Shown here one piece after another: positions 1 to 9,986 of a stretch of 64,000 bases of DNA. The number at the start of each line of letters is the position of its first letter. Position 1 is the first letter of the stretch. Origin of the DNA: an uncultured Clostridia bacterium (lineage in GTDB: Bacteria > CAYTYR01 > UBA6262); the NCBI GenBank assembly GCA_964441745.1, contig CAYTYR010000011.1, positions 1 through 64,000 on the forward strand. The letters run 5' to 3'. The notes beneath the pieces were generated by a model, which was given only the letters and a program-made list of their open reading frames with translations, searched no databases and had not been told where the DNA came from. The translations under genes and the position numbers were made by a program.

Positions 1-678
1 AGACGAGAAATTGCTGTACAATTGCTGCGCTTGCGTTTTCAGGCCATCTTTCCTTTTATACGCACCCATCAGCAGTTCCACGGCATTAGGGAGGCTTTCA
101 TCCGCCTTGACCCAGTCCCAGATCATGTCAGTCGTCACTTCCACGTGAAACTGCAGGCCATAAGCATTCTTCCCGCAGCGGAAAGCCTGGTTCCTGCATG
201 TCTCAGCGGTAGCCAGCAAGACCCCTCCTTCAGGAATAGTAAAAGTATCCTCATGCCACTGGAATACTGCCAGCGGCCCGGCTATTCCCCGCAGGAGCGG
301 GTCATGAGCCGCTTCCAGAGTCAGGGCTACGTTATACCAGCCAATCTCTTTTTGCGGCGCTTTGATCACTGCCGCGCCACAGGCCTTAGCCAGCAGCTGC
401 GAACCCAGGCAGATACCCAAATACGGGATCTCCTGCTCCACTACTTTTTTGATAAAAGCATTTTCCTCTTTTAGGAAAGAGTATTTATCCTCTTCATACA
501 CATTCATCGGGCCACCCATCACCACCACTGCCGCCACTTCCGACAGGTCCTTTGGCAATGGTTCCCCTTTGAACAATTCTACAGTTTGCAGGTCCCAGAC
601 AGTTGCGCGGAAAAAATCCCCAATACTGCCCGGGCCCTCATTTTCTACATGTTTGATCACAATAATTTTCTTTTTCAT
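1..678 (-). CDS. Class I glutamine amidotransferase (GATase1/GuaA-like), 3' end outside window
   Basis: Not in ORF track. Manual translation from ATG at 678: MKKKIIVIKHVENEGPG...VVMGGPMNVYEE...LGICLGSQLLAKA...EIGW...GLQFHVEV, giving the Cys-His-Glu triad motifs. Confidence 0.9.
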   Translation of the reverse strand, partial: MKKKIIVIKHVENEGPGSIGDFFRATVWDLQTVELFKGEPLPKDLSEVAAVVVMGGPMNVYEEDKYSFLKEENAFIKKVVEQEIPYLGICLGSQLLAKACGAAVIKAPQKEIGWYNVALTLEAAHDPLLRGIAGPLAVFQWHEDTFTIPEGGVLLATAETCRNQAFRCGKNAYGLQFHVEVTTDMIWDWVKADESLPNAVELLMGAYKRKDGLKTQAQQLYSNFSS

Positions 679-807
679 AAACCTGCACTTATTCAAATCC
701 CCGTAATCGGGTTTTTAATCCGCGCAATCCCACTTGATGGCTAACTGTTCAAGGAAACACACATTCACCATATTCACTTAGTTAGTTCGAACACTACAGT
801 GCCAAGA

Positions 808-2994
808 TTACATGACAAACAGCATTTCGCGGTATTTCGGCAGGTCCCAATGCTCATCTGAGATCACAGTCTCCAGGTCATCACAATGCCGGCGTATATG
901 TTCCATCAAGGGCTTTAGCTCGTTAAAATATGTCTCTGCTTTTTCCGGCCCTTCTTCTCCGGCCGCTTTTTCCAGCAGTTTGGCCATGGCCAGGGTATGC
1001 TTCCGGACATAGTAGATCTTGTAAGTAACTTCTGACAAATGCTCTTTCAGGTCAGCATAGGCAGCTTCGTCAATTTTCAAACCGGCGCTAGCCTTGAGCT
1101 GGGTCAATTCAGAAACTACTTTAGCCAGCTGGCTCTGGTAATCCAGCCCCGACGGCACAACATTGGCATTGACCATCTCCTTGAGCGTATTGGCTTCGAT
1201 AGTGAGCATGGTATTATACATTTCGATCCAGATATGGTACCGGGACACTAATTCATCTTTGGTCAAAACTCCCAGTTTTTCAAAAATAGCGATATTGTCT
1301 TTTTTAGTTATCGCTTTCAGGGCTTTATATGTTGCGGCGATATTCGGCAAGCCCCTCTTTTCCGCTTCAGTTACCCATTCCGAAGCATAGTTATTGCCTT
1401 CAAAACGGATTTTTTTGGTCTCTTTCACCAGGGAGGTCACGACAGACATGACCGCGTTTTCCAGGTCCTTGGTCTTGGCTTGTTTTTCGATCTGTTCAGC
1501 CACATAGGTCAGTGAATCAGCGATGATCGTGTTCAGGATCATGATCGGGGTGGAAATATTCTGGGAAGAGCCCAGGGCGCGAAATTCGAACTTAGCCCCG
1601 GTAAAAGCAAAGGGCGAAGTGCGGTTGCGGTCAGTGGCATCTTTATTGATAGTCGGCAATTTGCCCACTCCCAGGCTGATGATATCTTGTTTGCTGACTT
1701 TTTGTTTGGCGCCTTTTTCGATAGTGTCGAGTATCGCATCTAATTGCTCTCCCAAAAATACCGAGACGATCGCCGGCGGTGCTTCATTAGCGCCCAGGCG
1801 GTGTTCATTACCGGCGAAAGCGATGCTCGCCCTTAACAGGTCAGCATGATTATACACCGCGCGCAGGATCGCGGTCAGGACTGCCAGGAATTGCAGGTTC
1901 TCCTGCGGCGAATTACCCGGATTCAGCAGGTTGTTTCCCTGGTCATCAGCCATGGACCAGTTCAAGTGCTTGCCGCTGCCGTTGATCCCGGCAAAAGGTT
2001 TCTCGTGCATCAGGCAGACCAGGTCATGGCGCAGGGCTACCTTCTTCATTATATCCATCAGCATCTGGTTATGGTCAGCCGCCAGGTTTGATTCCTCGAA
2101 GATCGGGGCAAATTCATACTGGTGCGGCGCTACTTCGTTATGGCGGGTACTTACCGGAATACCTACTTTATAGGCTTCGGCGCAGACTTCCTGCATATAG
2201 TTCAGCGCCCGGTCCTTGATCGAACCGAAATACTGGTCTTCCAATTGCTGGCCTTTTGGCGACGGCGCGCCGATCAAAGTGCGTCCAGTCAGCATCAGGT
2301 CCTGCCTCATATTATAATAATGCTTATCGATCAGGAAATATTCCTGTTCCGGCCCGCAGGTGGAAACTACTTTTTTTACATTCTTCTTAAAAACCTTCAA
2401 CAATTTTACCGCGGCTTTGCTGATCGCTTCATCAGACCTCAGCAACGGCAGTTTTTTATCCAAAGCATAGCCATGGTAAGAAACAAAGATACAAGGGATG
2501 CATAAGGTTTTGCCCAAAGCGGTTTCGCTGATAAAAGCCGGGCTGGAAGGATCCCACGCTGTATAACCGCGGGCTTCAAACGTGCTCCTGATACCGCCAG
2601 ACGGGAAACTGGAAGCATCCGGTTCCCCCAGGATCAGCTTGGACCCGGAAAATTTCTCGATCACTTTACCGCCCTTGAAAGTCAGAAAAGTATCATGTTT
2701 TTCCGCCGTCAACCCGGTCATCGGCTGGAACCAATGGGCATAGAAGTCCACTCCTCTTTCCACGGCCCAGTTTTTCATTGCTTCAGCGATTTCATCTGCT
2801 TCTTTCTCGTTGATGCTTTTGCCTTCACTGAGCCACAGCTTAAAAGACGCCATGGTCTTCTGGCTGACCCGTTTCTGCATTTCCGCCTGGTTGAAAGTAT
2901 TTACCCCGAAATAACTGGTGACTTTTTTCGGCTTTTCGTCCTTCACCAACTCCACACTGCCGATATTCTTTAACACGCTATGCCTGACATTCAT
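808..2994 (-). CDS. glnA: Glutamine synthetase type III
   Basis: Motifs HWFQP, EPDASSFPSGGIRSTFEARGY, EQEYF, HNEVAP, HEKPFAGINGSGKH, HRLGANEAPP, DRNRTSPF. Start moved to MNVRHS at 2994 (GGAGG at 3001-3005); the longer ORF reads through a palindromic repeat. Confidence 0.95.
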   Translation of the reverse strand: MNVRHSVLKNIGSVELVKDEKPKKVTSYFGVNTFNQAEMQKRVSQKTMASFKLWLSEGKSINEKEADEIAEAMKNWAVERGVDFYAHWFQPMTGLTAEKHDTFLTFKGGKVIEKFSGSKLILGEPDASSFPSGGIRSTFEARGYTAWDPSSPAFISETALGKTLCIPCIFVSYHGYALDKKLPLLRSDEAISKAAVKLLKVFKKNVKKVVSTCGPEQEYFLIDKHYYNMRQDLMLTGRTLIGAPSPKGQQLEDQYFGSIKDRALNYMQEVCAEAYKVGIPVSTRHNEVAPHQYEFAPIFEESNLAADHNQMLMDIMKKVALRHDLVCLMHEKPFAGINGSGKHLNWSMADDQGNNLLNPGNSPQENLQFLAVLTAILRAVYNHADLLRASIAFAGNEHRLGANEAPPAIVSVFLGEQLDAILDTIEKGAKQKVSKQDIISLGVGKLPTINKDATDRNRTSPFAFTGAKFEFRALGSSQNISTPIMILNTIIADSLTYVAEQIEKQAKTKDLENAVMSVVTSLVKETKKIRFEGNNYASEWVTEAEKRGLPNIAATYKALKAITKKDNIAIFEKLGVLTKDELVSRYHIWIEMYNTMLTIEANTLKEMVNANVVPSGLDYQSQLAKVVSELTQLKASAGLKIDEAAYADLKEHLSEVTYKIYYVRKHTLAMAKLLEKAAGEEGPEKAETYFNELKPLMEHIRRHCDDLETVISDEHWDLPKYREMLFVM

Positions 2995-3003
2995 TTTCTT
3001 CCT

Positions 3004-3176
3004 CCAAATCTGCTTCAGATTTGCCCCCCTGCTTAGATTTGCGTTGGCAAATCTAGGGGGGCTATTTTTTGCAAACCTCAATTCACCTTATCCCCCCTAG
3101 ATTTCCATGAAATCTATACAGGGGGATATTCTACTCATCCCCCCAAATTTGCATTAGCAAATTTAAGCGGGGGGAT
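3004..3176. repeat. Three copies (one forward, two inverted) of a ~40-bp CCCCCC...AGATTTGC-N4-GCAAATCT-AGGGGGG palindrome
   Basis: Copies at 3023-3062, 3090-3128 and 3137-3176; the same element recurs at 9771-9810 and 13927-13966. Confidence 0.85.
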
Positions 3177-3202
3177 ATTTTTTGCGATAACTCGCAAAAA
3201 AT

Positions 3203-3294
3203 AAAAAAACGTCCAATATAGTCAATGTCATTGACCATAATTGAACGTCTGTGTTCGCTCGGTTTTATGCCTATTCAAGCACAGCTTTGTGCCT
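3203..3294 (-). promoter_or_regulatory. Dual-hairpin attenuator (ANTAR-type) in glnA leader
   Basis: AGGCAC-AAAGCT-GTGCTT (3277-3294) and GAAC-ACAGAC-GTTC (3243-3256), both hexaloops with A1/G4. The second overlaps the 5' arm of an intrinsic terminator (3203-3248, U7 tail). TATAAT at 3299-3304. Confidence 0.75.
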
Positions 3295-3315
3295 AAAAAT
3301 TATACCTATCTGAAT

Positions 3316-3355
3316 TACTATCTATACAAGTAAAATTCTGCCGCTCTTGGTAACT
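3316..3355 (-). promoter_or_regulatory. Conserved upstream motif AGTTACCAAGAG..GC......TTTTACTTGTATAGAT
   Basis: Near-identical blocks at 18765-18804 and 27733-27772, upstream of the amt and urea operons. Confidence 0.65.
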
Positions 3356-3692
3356 ATAGCGCCTCCACTCCCTTTTCCGAGGTCCTGATCCTGATCGCGT
3401 CAACGATGGGATAGATAAATATCTTACCATCACCGATCTCCCCGGTCTTGGCAAATTTTATGATCGCGTCCGTGATCTTGTCCACATCCGCGTCCCTGGC
3501 AATGATCTCCAGTTTTACTTTGGGCACAAAATCCACTTTCATGGTCTCGCCCCGCCATTGTTGTTCCTTGCCTTTGTGCGTGCCGTGGCCTTCGATATTA
3601 CTGATCATCAGGCCAGGGTAACCAACTTCGCTCAGGGCTTTGCGCACCTCGCCGACTTTTTCCGGACGGATCACAGCTTCTATTTTTTTCAT
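3354..3692 (-). CDS. P-II nitrogen regulatory protein (112 aa)
   Basis: MKKIEAVIRPEK...[11 protein letters not shown]...IRIRT. Start at MKKIE (3692). Confidence 0.95.
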   Translation of the reverse strand: MKKIEAVIRPEKVGEVRKALSEVGYPGLMISNIEGHGTHKGKEQQWRGETMKVDFVPKVKLEIIARDADVDKITDAIIKFAKTGEIGDGKIFIYPIVDAIRIRTSEKGVEAL

Positions 3693-3693
3693 T

Positions 3694-4161
3694 TTAGCCC
3701 TCCTTCTCAAATTTCTTGAACAGGTTAATGACTTCATCCGCGGTTTTGACGGTATGGATCAAATCATTACGAAAAGACTCAATACGCAGCAGCTTGGATA
3801 GCTGCGAAAGTAATTGCAGGTATAAGCTGAGAGCCTGCGGATTGGTACCCATGGCAAAGATCAAGTTCACTTCATCCCCGTCCATAGCGGCGAAATCCAC
3901 CCCGGCGCTGGAACGGGCGAACCCTATTACAAACCCATCTACGGCTTGGGTCGGGGCATGCGGAATAGCTACTTTGTGGCCGATGCCTGTCGAGCCCAGT
4001 TTTTCCCGCTCCATCAGGTCATGGATGAATAGCTGCTCATCATTAACCAGGCCGATCCGGACCATGTGGGCGGATAATTCCCGTATCGCTTGTTCCTTGG
4101 TCGTCGCCTTCAGGTCCATCAGGCAGGCATCTTTTTGCAAATACTCTGATATTCTTTCCAT
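3694..4161 (-). CDS. PTS EIIA domain protein (fructose/mannitol/Ntr family, PtsN-like)
   Basis: ERE.LGSTGIGHKVAIPHA phospho-His motif, GVDF.AMDG..V.LIF. Confidence 0.88.
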   Translation of the reverse strand: MERISEYLQKDACLMDLKATTKEQAIRELSAHMVRIGLVNDEQLFIHDLMEREKLGSTGIGHKVAIPHAPTQAVDGFVIGFARSSAGVDFAAMDGDEVNLIFAMGTNPQALSLYLQLLSQLSKLLRIESFRNDLIHTVKTADEVINLFKKFEKEG

Positions 4162-4644
4162 CTAGGTTATCTCCTTATATAACTTCTCGACTTCCTCGGG
4201 ATTTTTGACTATCACTACCGGGCACTTCGCTTCCCGGAAGAGCAGTTCCCCTTCATCTGAAAAAACTTCTTTGCGTGAGGTTATTTCCTTAGGATTTCCC
4301 ATCACCAGCAGGCAGGTGCTGGTCTCCTGGGCTTTCTTGATTATTTCTTCATGTACCATGCCGCGCAGAACCATGCTCTCGAATTCAATCTTTTTGGTTT
4401 CAGCCGCTTTCTTGATCCGCTCCAGGAAAAGCTTTCCCTGTTCTTCCAGGTCTTTCTCATAGACTTTCGCCTCGATATCCACTACTACCCGGCTACGCAT
4501 CAAGTCCTTCAACAACTGCTCATTTACCACATATACGGCGGTGAGTTTCGAAGACATGACCCGGGCCAGGTAAATAGCGTACTTGGCAGTGATGATGGAA
4601 GCCGCGCCGCCCGCGACTGCTACCATGATGTTTTTAATGGGCAT
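4162..4644 (-). CDS. Universal stress protein (USP)
   Basis: IKNIMVAV...LTAVYVV...G.VHEEII..A...LLVMG...AKCPVVIV pattern. Confidence 0.85.
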   Translation of the reverse strand: MPIKNIMVAVAGGAASIITAKYAIYLARVMSSKLTAVYVVNEQLLKDLMRSRVVVDIEAKVYEKDLEEQGKLFLERIKKAAETKKIEFESMVLRGMVHEEIIKKAQETSTCLLVMGNPKEITSRKEVFSDEGELLFREAKCPVVIVKNPEEVEKLYKEIT

Positions 4645-4654
4645 CTTTTCACCT

Positions 4655-5272
4655 TTATTTTTTTATTTTTTGTTTGATCAGTTTGAGCATGGAAAAAGCG
4701 TCCCGGGATTCTTCTTCCAGGCGGTCATTGATATTCTTTTCCGCTTCCTGGTAATAAGGTATATACACTTTTTCCAGGGCATTGACCTTCCTGATGGTCT
4801 TTTGCGCTTCCTGAGCCAACCGTAAAGTGGTGATCTTCAGTTCGGCCAGCCTGGCCAACAGGACCAGTATTTTCTTGAACCGGTCAGTCGCATCCTCAGC
4901 CGCCATATTCACTTTGAGGGAGCTGAAATAAGGCGGATGGTCTTTCATCTGGAGATTGATCACCGGTACTGACACGCCCATCACGCGGCGCGAGGTCAGG
5001 CGCAGGTTCGCTTCTGTTTCCACTGCCAGGGACATTTCTGAAAGTTTTTTCCGTCCCATAATGACCGTAGCGCGGTTCACCGCGGCATAGCCGGCAGCCA
5101 GGGCAGCGTCGGTTTCTTCTTCGGTTTTTTGCATTTTATGGATGATGGCGCCGATCTCACCCAGCAGGATCTTCCGTTTTTCATCCAGCAATTCATAACC
5201 TTCCCTGGTGACAGACAGGTTCTTTTTCACTTTCAACAGGTTGGTTTTGGTCGCTGCTATATTGATCCGCAT
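4655..5272 (-). CDS. ntpD: V/A-type ATPase subunit D
   Basis: ATKTNLL...GYELLDEKRKIL, VMGVSVP, KTIRKVNALEKVYIP. Confidence 0.93.
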   Translation of the reverse strand: MRINIAATKTNLLKVKKNLSVTREGYELLDEKRKILLGEIGAIIHKMQKTEEETDAALAAGYAAVNRATVIMGRKKLSEMSLAVETEANLRLTSRRVMGVSVPVINLQMKDHPPYFSSLKVNMAAEDATDRFKKILVLLARLAELKITTLRLAQEAQKTIRKVNALEKVYIPYYQEAEKNINDRLEEESRDAFSMLKLIKQKIKK

Positions 5273-5275
5273 ATA

Positions 5276-6658
5276 CTATTTACCCTTATAATATTTGTTA
5301 AGCGCTTCTTCCTTGACCCGGACCAGCTCGCTCTTAGGCAGGGTACTCAGCACTTCCCAGCCGATCTCCAGGCTTTGTTCCAGGCTCCGGCGCTCATAGT
5401 ATCCCTGGGATACGAATTTCCGTTCAAACGCATCGCCGAATTGCAGGTATTTCTGGTCCAAGGGCGACAGCTCTTCCTCGCCGATGATAGCAGCCAGGGC
5501 CCGGATATCCTTGACCTGGGCATACGCGGCAAACAACTGCGACGCTAAAGCCGGATGGTCATCCCTGGTCTTGCCCTCGCCGATATTGTCTTTCATCAGG
5601 CGGGACAGGGAAGGCAGTCCGGCGATCGACGGATAGATGCCGCGGCTGTGCATTTCCCGCTCTAGCACTATTTGTCCTTCAGTGATATATCCGGTCAGGT
5701 CCGGCACCGGATGCGTAATGTCATCGTTGGCCATGGTCAATATCGGTAATTGGGTGATCGAGCCGCTCACTCCCTTGATCATACCAGCCCGTTCATACAA
5801 ACTGGCCAGGTCGCTGTATAAATATCCCGGGTACCCTTTCCTGGCGGGTATCTCGCCCCGGATCGTGGATAATTCTCTTAACGCTTCGCAATAATTGGAC
5901 ATATCAGTCATGATCACCAGCACGTGCATATTTTTCTTGAACGCCAGATATTCGGCGCAGCTCAGGGCCAGGCGCGGGGTCATCAACCGTTCAATAGAGG
6001 GGCTGTCTGCCAGGCTGAGGAAAACTGTTACTCTTTCCAGTACGCCTGATTCTTCAAAACTCTTGATAAAATACCGGGCAGTATCGTATTTGATGCCCAT
6101 ACCGGCAAAGACCACAGCGAAACTTTCGCCTTTGACCTGGGCCTGGCGGGCGATCTGCGTCGCCAGCAAGTCATGCGGCAGGCCGCTGCCGGAAAATACC
6201 GGCAGTTTTTGTCCGCGCACCAGGGTATTCATCACATCAATAGCCGAGATCCCGGTCTCGATAATATTATTAGGATAATCGCGGGCCGTGGGATTGATCG
6301 CCATGCCATTCACATCCACCAGCTCGTCATACGCCGGCCGGGGCATTTTGTCCAGGGGATTACCAACACCGTCGAAAACGCGTCCCAGGACATCTTCCGA
6401 AACCCCGAACAGGAGTGGTTTTTCCTTGAACCTCACCTTGGATTTGGCAATGGAAAGGCCGCTGGTGCCGCCCAGGACCTGCACCACGGCAAATCCCTTG
6501 CCTACTTCCAGGGTCAGGCCGATGCGCGTCTTGCCGTCATCATCGATTATTTCCACCAGTTCATTATAACCGACATTGTGGATATTCCGGATGATGAAGA
6601 TCGGCCCGACTATTTCCTGCAGTCCCACATATTCAATTAAATTCCCGTAATTTTTCAT
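5276..6658 (-). CDS. ntpB: V/A-type ATPase subunit B
   Basis: [65 protein letters not shown]. Confidence 0.96.
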   Translation of the reverse strand: MKNYGNLIEYVGLQEIVGPIFIIRNIHNVGYNELVEIIDDDGKTRIGLTLEVGKGFAVVQVLGGTSGLSIAKSKVRFKEKPLLFGVSEDVLGRVFDGVGNPLDKMPRPAYDELVDVNGMAINPTARDYPNNIIETGISAIDVMNTLVRGQKLPVFSGSGLPHDLLATQIARQAQVKGESFAVVFAGMGIKYDTARYFIKSFEESGVLERVTVFLSLADSPSIERLMTPRLALSCAEYLAFKKNMHVLVIMTDMSNYCEALRELSTIRGEIPARKGYPGYLYSDLASLYERAGMIKGVSGSITQLPILTMANDDITHPVPDLTGYITEGQIVLEREMHSRGIYPSIAGLPSLSRLMKDNIGEGKTRDDHPALASQLFAAYAQVKDIRALAAIIGEEELSPLDQKYLQFGDAFERKFVSQGYYERRSLEQSLEIGWEVLSTLPKSELVRVKEEALNKYYKGK

Positions 6659-8415
6659 TAGAAGTCTGCCACCTTTAAGGACTCGCTAATCCGCTCCGGC
6701 ATTTTTTCCAGCTCGTCCAACTGTTCTTCCGTATATCTTGTTTTCATGCGCATCAATTCATTGTAGATCGGCATCTCCTTAATTTCATTAGCCGACATCC
6801 CCTGCTTGATGACTTCTTCGCTGATATGATAAAAAGCCAGCATGTTCTTCAGCATCAGGAACTGTTTGCGCGCCGAGGTAAAAGTATCTATCTTATCGAA
6901 AGCCTGCTGCTGCAGGAACCCGTTCTTGAACAGGGTGCAGACCAGCAATACCAATCTCTGGTTTTGCGGCAGGACATCCGGGCCGACCAGCTTGACCACC
7001 TGCTGTAATTTCTGCTCCTTCTGCAGGAGGTCCATGATCTCATAGCGCAGTTTGAGCCAGTCCTGGTCCACGTTCTTGCTCCACCAGCCCTGCACATCAT
7101 CCAGGTATTCGGTATAACTGTCGATCCAGCTGATCGACGGATAATGCCGGGCATTGGCCAGCTCGCGGTCCAGGGCCCAGAAACAACGCACAAACCTTTT
7201 AGTATGCGAGGTTACCGGTTCGGAGAAATCTCCGCCTGGCGGAGAAACCGCCGCGATAATGCTGATCGAGCCGTGCTGTCCGCTCAGGGTAGTGATATTG
7301 CCTGCCCGTTCATAGAATCCAGCCAGGCGTGACGGCAGGTAGGCTGGGAATCCTTCTTCCAGGGGCATTTCTTCCAACCGGCCAGACAATTCGCGCAGTG
7401 CTTCTGCCCACCTGCTGGTAGAATCCGCCATCAGGGCCACATGATAGCCCATGTCGCGGAAATATTCAGCTATGGTAATACCGGTATAGATGCTGGCTTC
7501 ACGCGCCGCGACCGGCATATTAGAAGTATTAGCGATAAAAATAGTGCGTTCCATCAGCGGCCTCTTGGTCCGCTGGTCGATCAGTTTGGGGAAAGTCTGC
7601 AAAATATCCGTCATCTCATTGCCGCGTTCACCGCAGCCGACATAGACCACGATCTGGGCGTCGCTCCACTTGGCCAGTTGGTGCTGGACCACTGTTTTGC
7701 CAGTGCCAAATCCTCCCGGTACAGCTACTGCCCCGCCCTTGCCCACCGGGAACAGCGTGTCGATCACTCTCTGCCCGGTGATCAGCGGTTCGACGATCGG
7801 CAATCTCTCTTTGCTGGGACGCGGGACCCGCACCGGCCAGCGCTGCAGCAGTTTGATCTCCTGCTCGCCAGACTCTGACTGGACCACGGCAATAGTATCT
7901 TCCAGGGAATAATCGCCTTCCCCAACCATCTTTTTTATCGTGCCAGAAATGTCCGGACTGGCCATGATCTTATGGTTGATCAGCACAGTCTCCTGGACTG
8001 AGCCGATGATCTCTCCGCCAATAATATTTTCACCGGCTTTTTTCACCGGGGTAAAATGCCATTTTTTCGCCCGGTCCAGTGTTTGCACATGGACGCCGCG
8101 GCTGATATAGACGCCTTGTTTTTCGCGAATGACTTCCAGGGGGCGTTGGATACCGTCAAAAATATTGCCGATCATACCTGGCCCGAGCTCCACGTATAAA
8201 GGGAAGCCCTGGGTATAGACCAGGTCCCCGGCTTTCACCGAGGTAGTATCTTCGTACACCTGCACAAAAGCCCGGTCATCCTTGAGCCGCATCACTTCCC
8301 CTACCAGATGCTGCTCGCCGACCTCAACCATGTCCAGCATGCGTACGCCGACGACTTCTTCCAGCTCCACCACCGGCCCTGACACCCTGTAAATTTTGCC
8401 CGCTACTCTCTGCAT
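6658..8415 (-). CDS. ntpA: V/A-type ATPase subunit A (catalytic)
   Basis: Walker [46 protein letters not shown]. Confidence 0.96.
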   Translation of the reverse strand: MQRVAGKIYRVSGPVVELEEVVGVRMLDMVEVGEQHLVGEVMRLKDDRAFVQVYEDTTSVKAGDLVYTQGFPLYVELGPGMIGNIFDGIQRPLEVIREKQGVYISRGVHVQTLDRAKKWHFTPVKKAGENIIGGEIIGSVQETVLINHKIMASPDISGTIKKMVGEGDYSLEDTIAVVQSESGEQEIKLLQRWPVRVPRPSKERLPIVEPLITGQRVIDTLFPVGKGGAVAVPGGFGTGKTVVQHQLAKWSDAQIVVYVGCGERGNEMTDILQTFPKLIDQRTKRPLMERTIFIANTSNMPVAAREASIYTGITIAEYFRDMGYHVALMADSTSRWAEALRELSGRLEEMPLEEGFPAYLPSRLAGFYERAGNITTLSGQHGSISIIAAVSPPGGDFSEPVTSHTKRFVRCFWALDRELANARHYPSISWIDSYTEYLDDVQGWWSKNVDQDWLKLRYEIMDLLQKEQKLQQVVKLVGPDVLPQNQRLVLLVCTLFKNGFLQQQAFDKIDTFTSARKQFLMLKNMLAFYHISEEVIKQGMSANEIKEMPIYNELMRMKTRYTEEQLDELEKMPERISESLKVADF

Positions 8416-8418
8416 GGA

Positions 8419-9039
8419 TTATGCCTCCCGCAACAGGCGCATGTATAATTCATCATATTTCCTTCTGAGCCTGGCGGCAAAACGGTTATCGAACATCTTC
8501 TTACCGTCTGCTGATTGGATGATCACGCCCAGGTCCTTAAAATCGCTTTTTTTCCAGCTAGCTTCAAGATTATTTTTCTTTATTTCCGCTATGATCTTCT
8601 CACTCACCAGCTTGTCATCCAGGGAGGAATAAAAGATCTCCACTTTTTTATCGCCGACGATCTTGATCCCTTCCAGGACCGCGTCCCTGAAAAATCCCGC
8701 GTACCCGGCTGCGCTGCGGAATTCCGCGGCTTTCTTCCCGACCAGGTCAAAGACCTGGTTGATCAGGGTATTCTTGCTTTCCAGCAGGACTCTCTTCTTT
8801 TCCAGGTTGATCGTGGAAAAGATCTTCTCTTTCAATTTTTCCAGCTCCCGCTCCAACTGTCCGCGTTCCAGCCGGACTTTCTCGTCTGCTTCCAGGCGCG
8901 CTTTTTCCCTGATCGCGCCTGCGTCTTTCCGGGCGCGCTCCAGTATTTCCACGGCTTCGGTTTTGGCCGCCTCCAGGATACGTCCTACTATTTCCCCGGC
9001 ATTCTGCTCATTTATTTTAGTATAATCTTCTTTTATCAT
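8419..9039 (-). CDS. ntpE: V/A-type ATPase subunit E
   Basis: N-terminal coiled coil (ILEAAKTEA), C-terminal LGVII...DNRF..RL; position between F and A. Confidence 0.85.
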   Translation of the reverse strand: MIKEDYTKINEQNAGEIVGRILEAAKTEAVEILERARKDAGAIREKARLEADEKVRLERGQLERELEKLKEKIFSTINLEKKRVLLESKNTLINQVFDLVGKKAAEFRSAAGYAGFFRDAVLEGIKIVGDKKVEIFYSSLDDKLVSEKIIAEIKKNNLEASWKKSDFKDLGVIIQSADGKKMFDNRFAARLRRKYDELYMRLLREA

Positions 9040-9342
9040 TTAGATCTTTATGCCCATCGCTTCCTTCAGGATATTACCGGCGCTCTTGCGCGCTTTTACC
9101 TGGCCGCTGGAAGGGATCTCCAGAATCAAGGGGATATCCACATCCTGGATATACTTATCCACCTCGGCCCGTCCCAGCTCTGCCGCTTTTTCCGTGATAA
9201 TGATCACCCCGACACTCTCTGTAGCCAGGGCCACTTTGAAAGCTTCCAGTAATTCATTCTTGGAGCCTGCTTCCAGGGTTTCCACCCCGGCCAATTTAAA
9301 TCCCAGGCTGCTATCTCTATCCGCGATACAAAAAAACTTCAT
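9040..9342 (-). CDS. ntpF: V/A-type ATPase subunit F
   Basis: IADRDSSLGFKLAGV, GVIIITE, PLILEIP, AMGIKI. Confidence 0.9.
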   Translation of the reverse strand: MKFFCIADRDSSLGFKLAGVETLEAGSKNELLEAFKVALATESVGVIIITEKAAELGRAEVDKYIQDVDIPLILEIPSSGQVKARKSAGNILKEAMGIKI

Positions 9343-9392
9343 ATTTTATCCTAAGAGCTTTTATTCTTCTTTTGTCTCTACTACCAACGGTA

Positions 9393-9740
9393 CTAAGACA
9401 CCTTCCCCAGGATCATAATGGCGATGATCAAACCATAAATAGCGATACCTTCAGCCAAACCGACGAAGATCAAGGCCCGGCCAGCCATTTCCGGCTTCTC
9501 GCTGATCGCTCCGATCGCTGAAGACCCTACATAACCAACGGCAATGCCCGCGCCCACAGTGCTCAAACCCGTCACTATGGCTGCGGCCATAAAGCCCCAT
9601 TTCACTACTTCAGGATTGGTCGCGGTAGTCGCTGCCTGTTCTGCCGGACCTTCTGCCCGGGCAAACTGGTATAACGACACTCCGGCTAATACCAGGGTCA
9701 ACAAAACCATGGCTCCCAACAACTTTCTCGCATTCTTCAT
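9393..9740 (-). CDS. ntpK: V/A-type ATPase subunit K/c (single hairpin plus signal-like N-terminus)
   Basis: GAGIAVGYVGSSAIGAISEKPE...GLAEGIAIYG with the conserved Glu. Start moved to MKNARK at 9740. Confidence 0.92.
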   Translation of the reverse strand: MKNARKLLGAMVLLTLVLAGVSLYQFARAEGPAEQAATTATNPEVVKWGFMAAAIVTGLSTVGAGIAVGYVGSSAIGAISEKPEMAGRALIFVGLAEGIAIYGLIIAIMILGKVS

Positions 9741-9750
9741 CTTCTTCCCC

Positions 9751-9811
9751 CCCGAATGGCTTTGCCATTCGCCCCCCTGTTTAGATTTGCTCAAGCAAAT
9801 CTAGGGGGGTT
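9751..9811. repeat. Composite palindromic repeat next to the ntpK RBS
   Basis: cccgaatggctttgccattcg+cccccctgtttagatttgc-tcaa-gcaaatctagggggg; nearly identical to 13907-13967. Confidence 0.85.
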
Positions 9812-9986
9812 TCTTTATTTAAAATACGATTACACAGATTAAACCTTAACTCACCTGTCCCCGCGTCTTTGATCCCGATTTATCGGGATCAGCAGGGGAA
9901 AACTCAAAATTCAAAACTCAAAACTGCTTTTTCTGTCAACAATCTCCGCCAAAGGCGGATCAGCCTCTGGCTGAAACTATCAACTC

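Noticed and set aside
2995-3081. N-terminal extensions of GS III (also K subunit 9741-9794, P-II 3693-3737 and 16023-16046)
   Set aside because: They translate repeats or overlap upstream sequence; better RBS-start pairs lie downstream.
3203-3294. glnA glutamine riboswitch
   Set aside because: I could not find the three-way junction/E-loop of that aptamer; dual AxxG hairpins explain the leader better.
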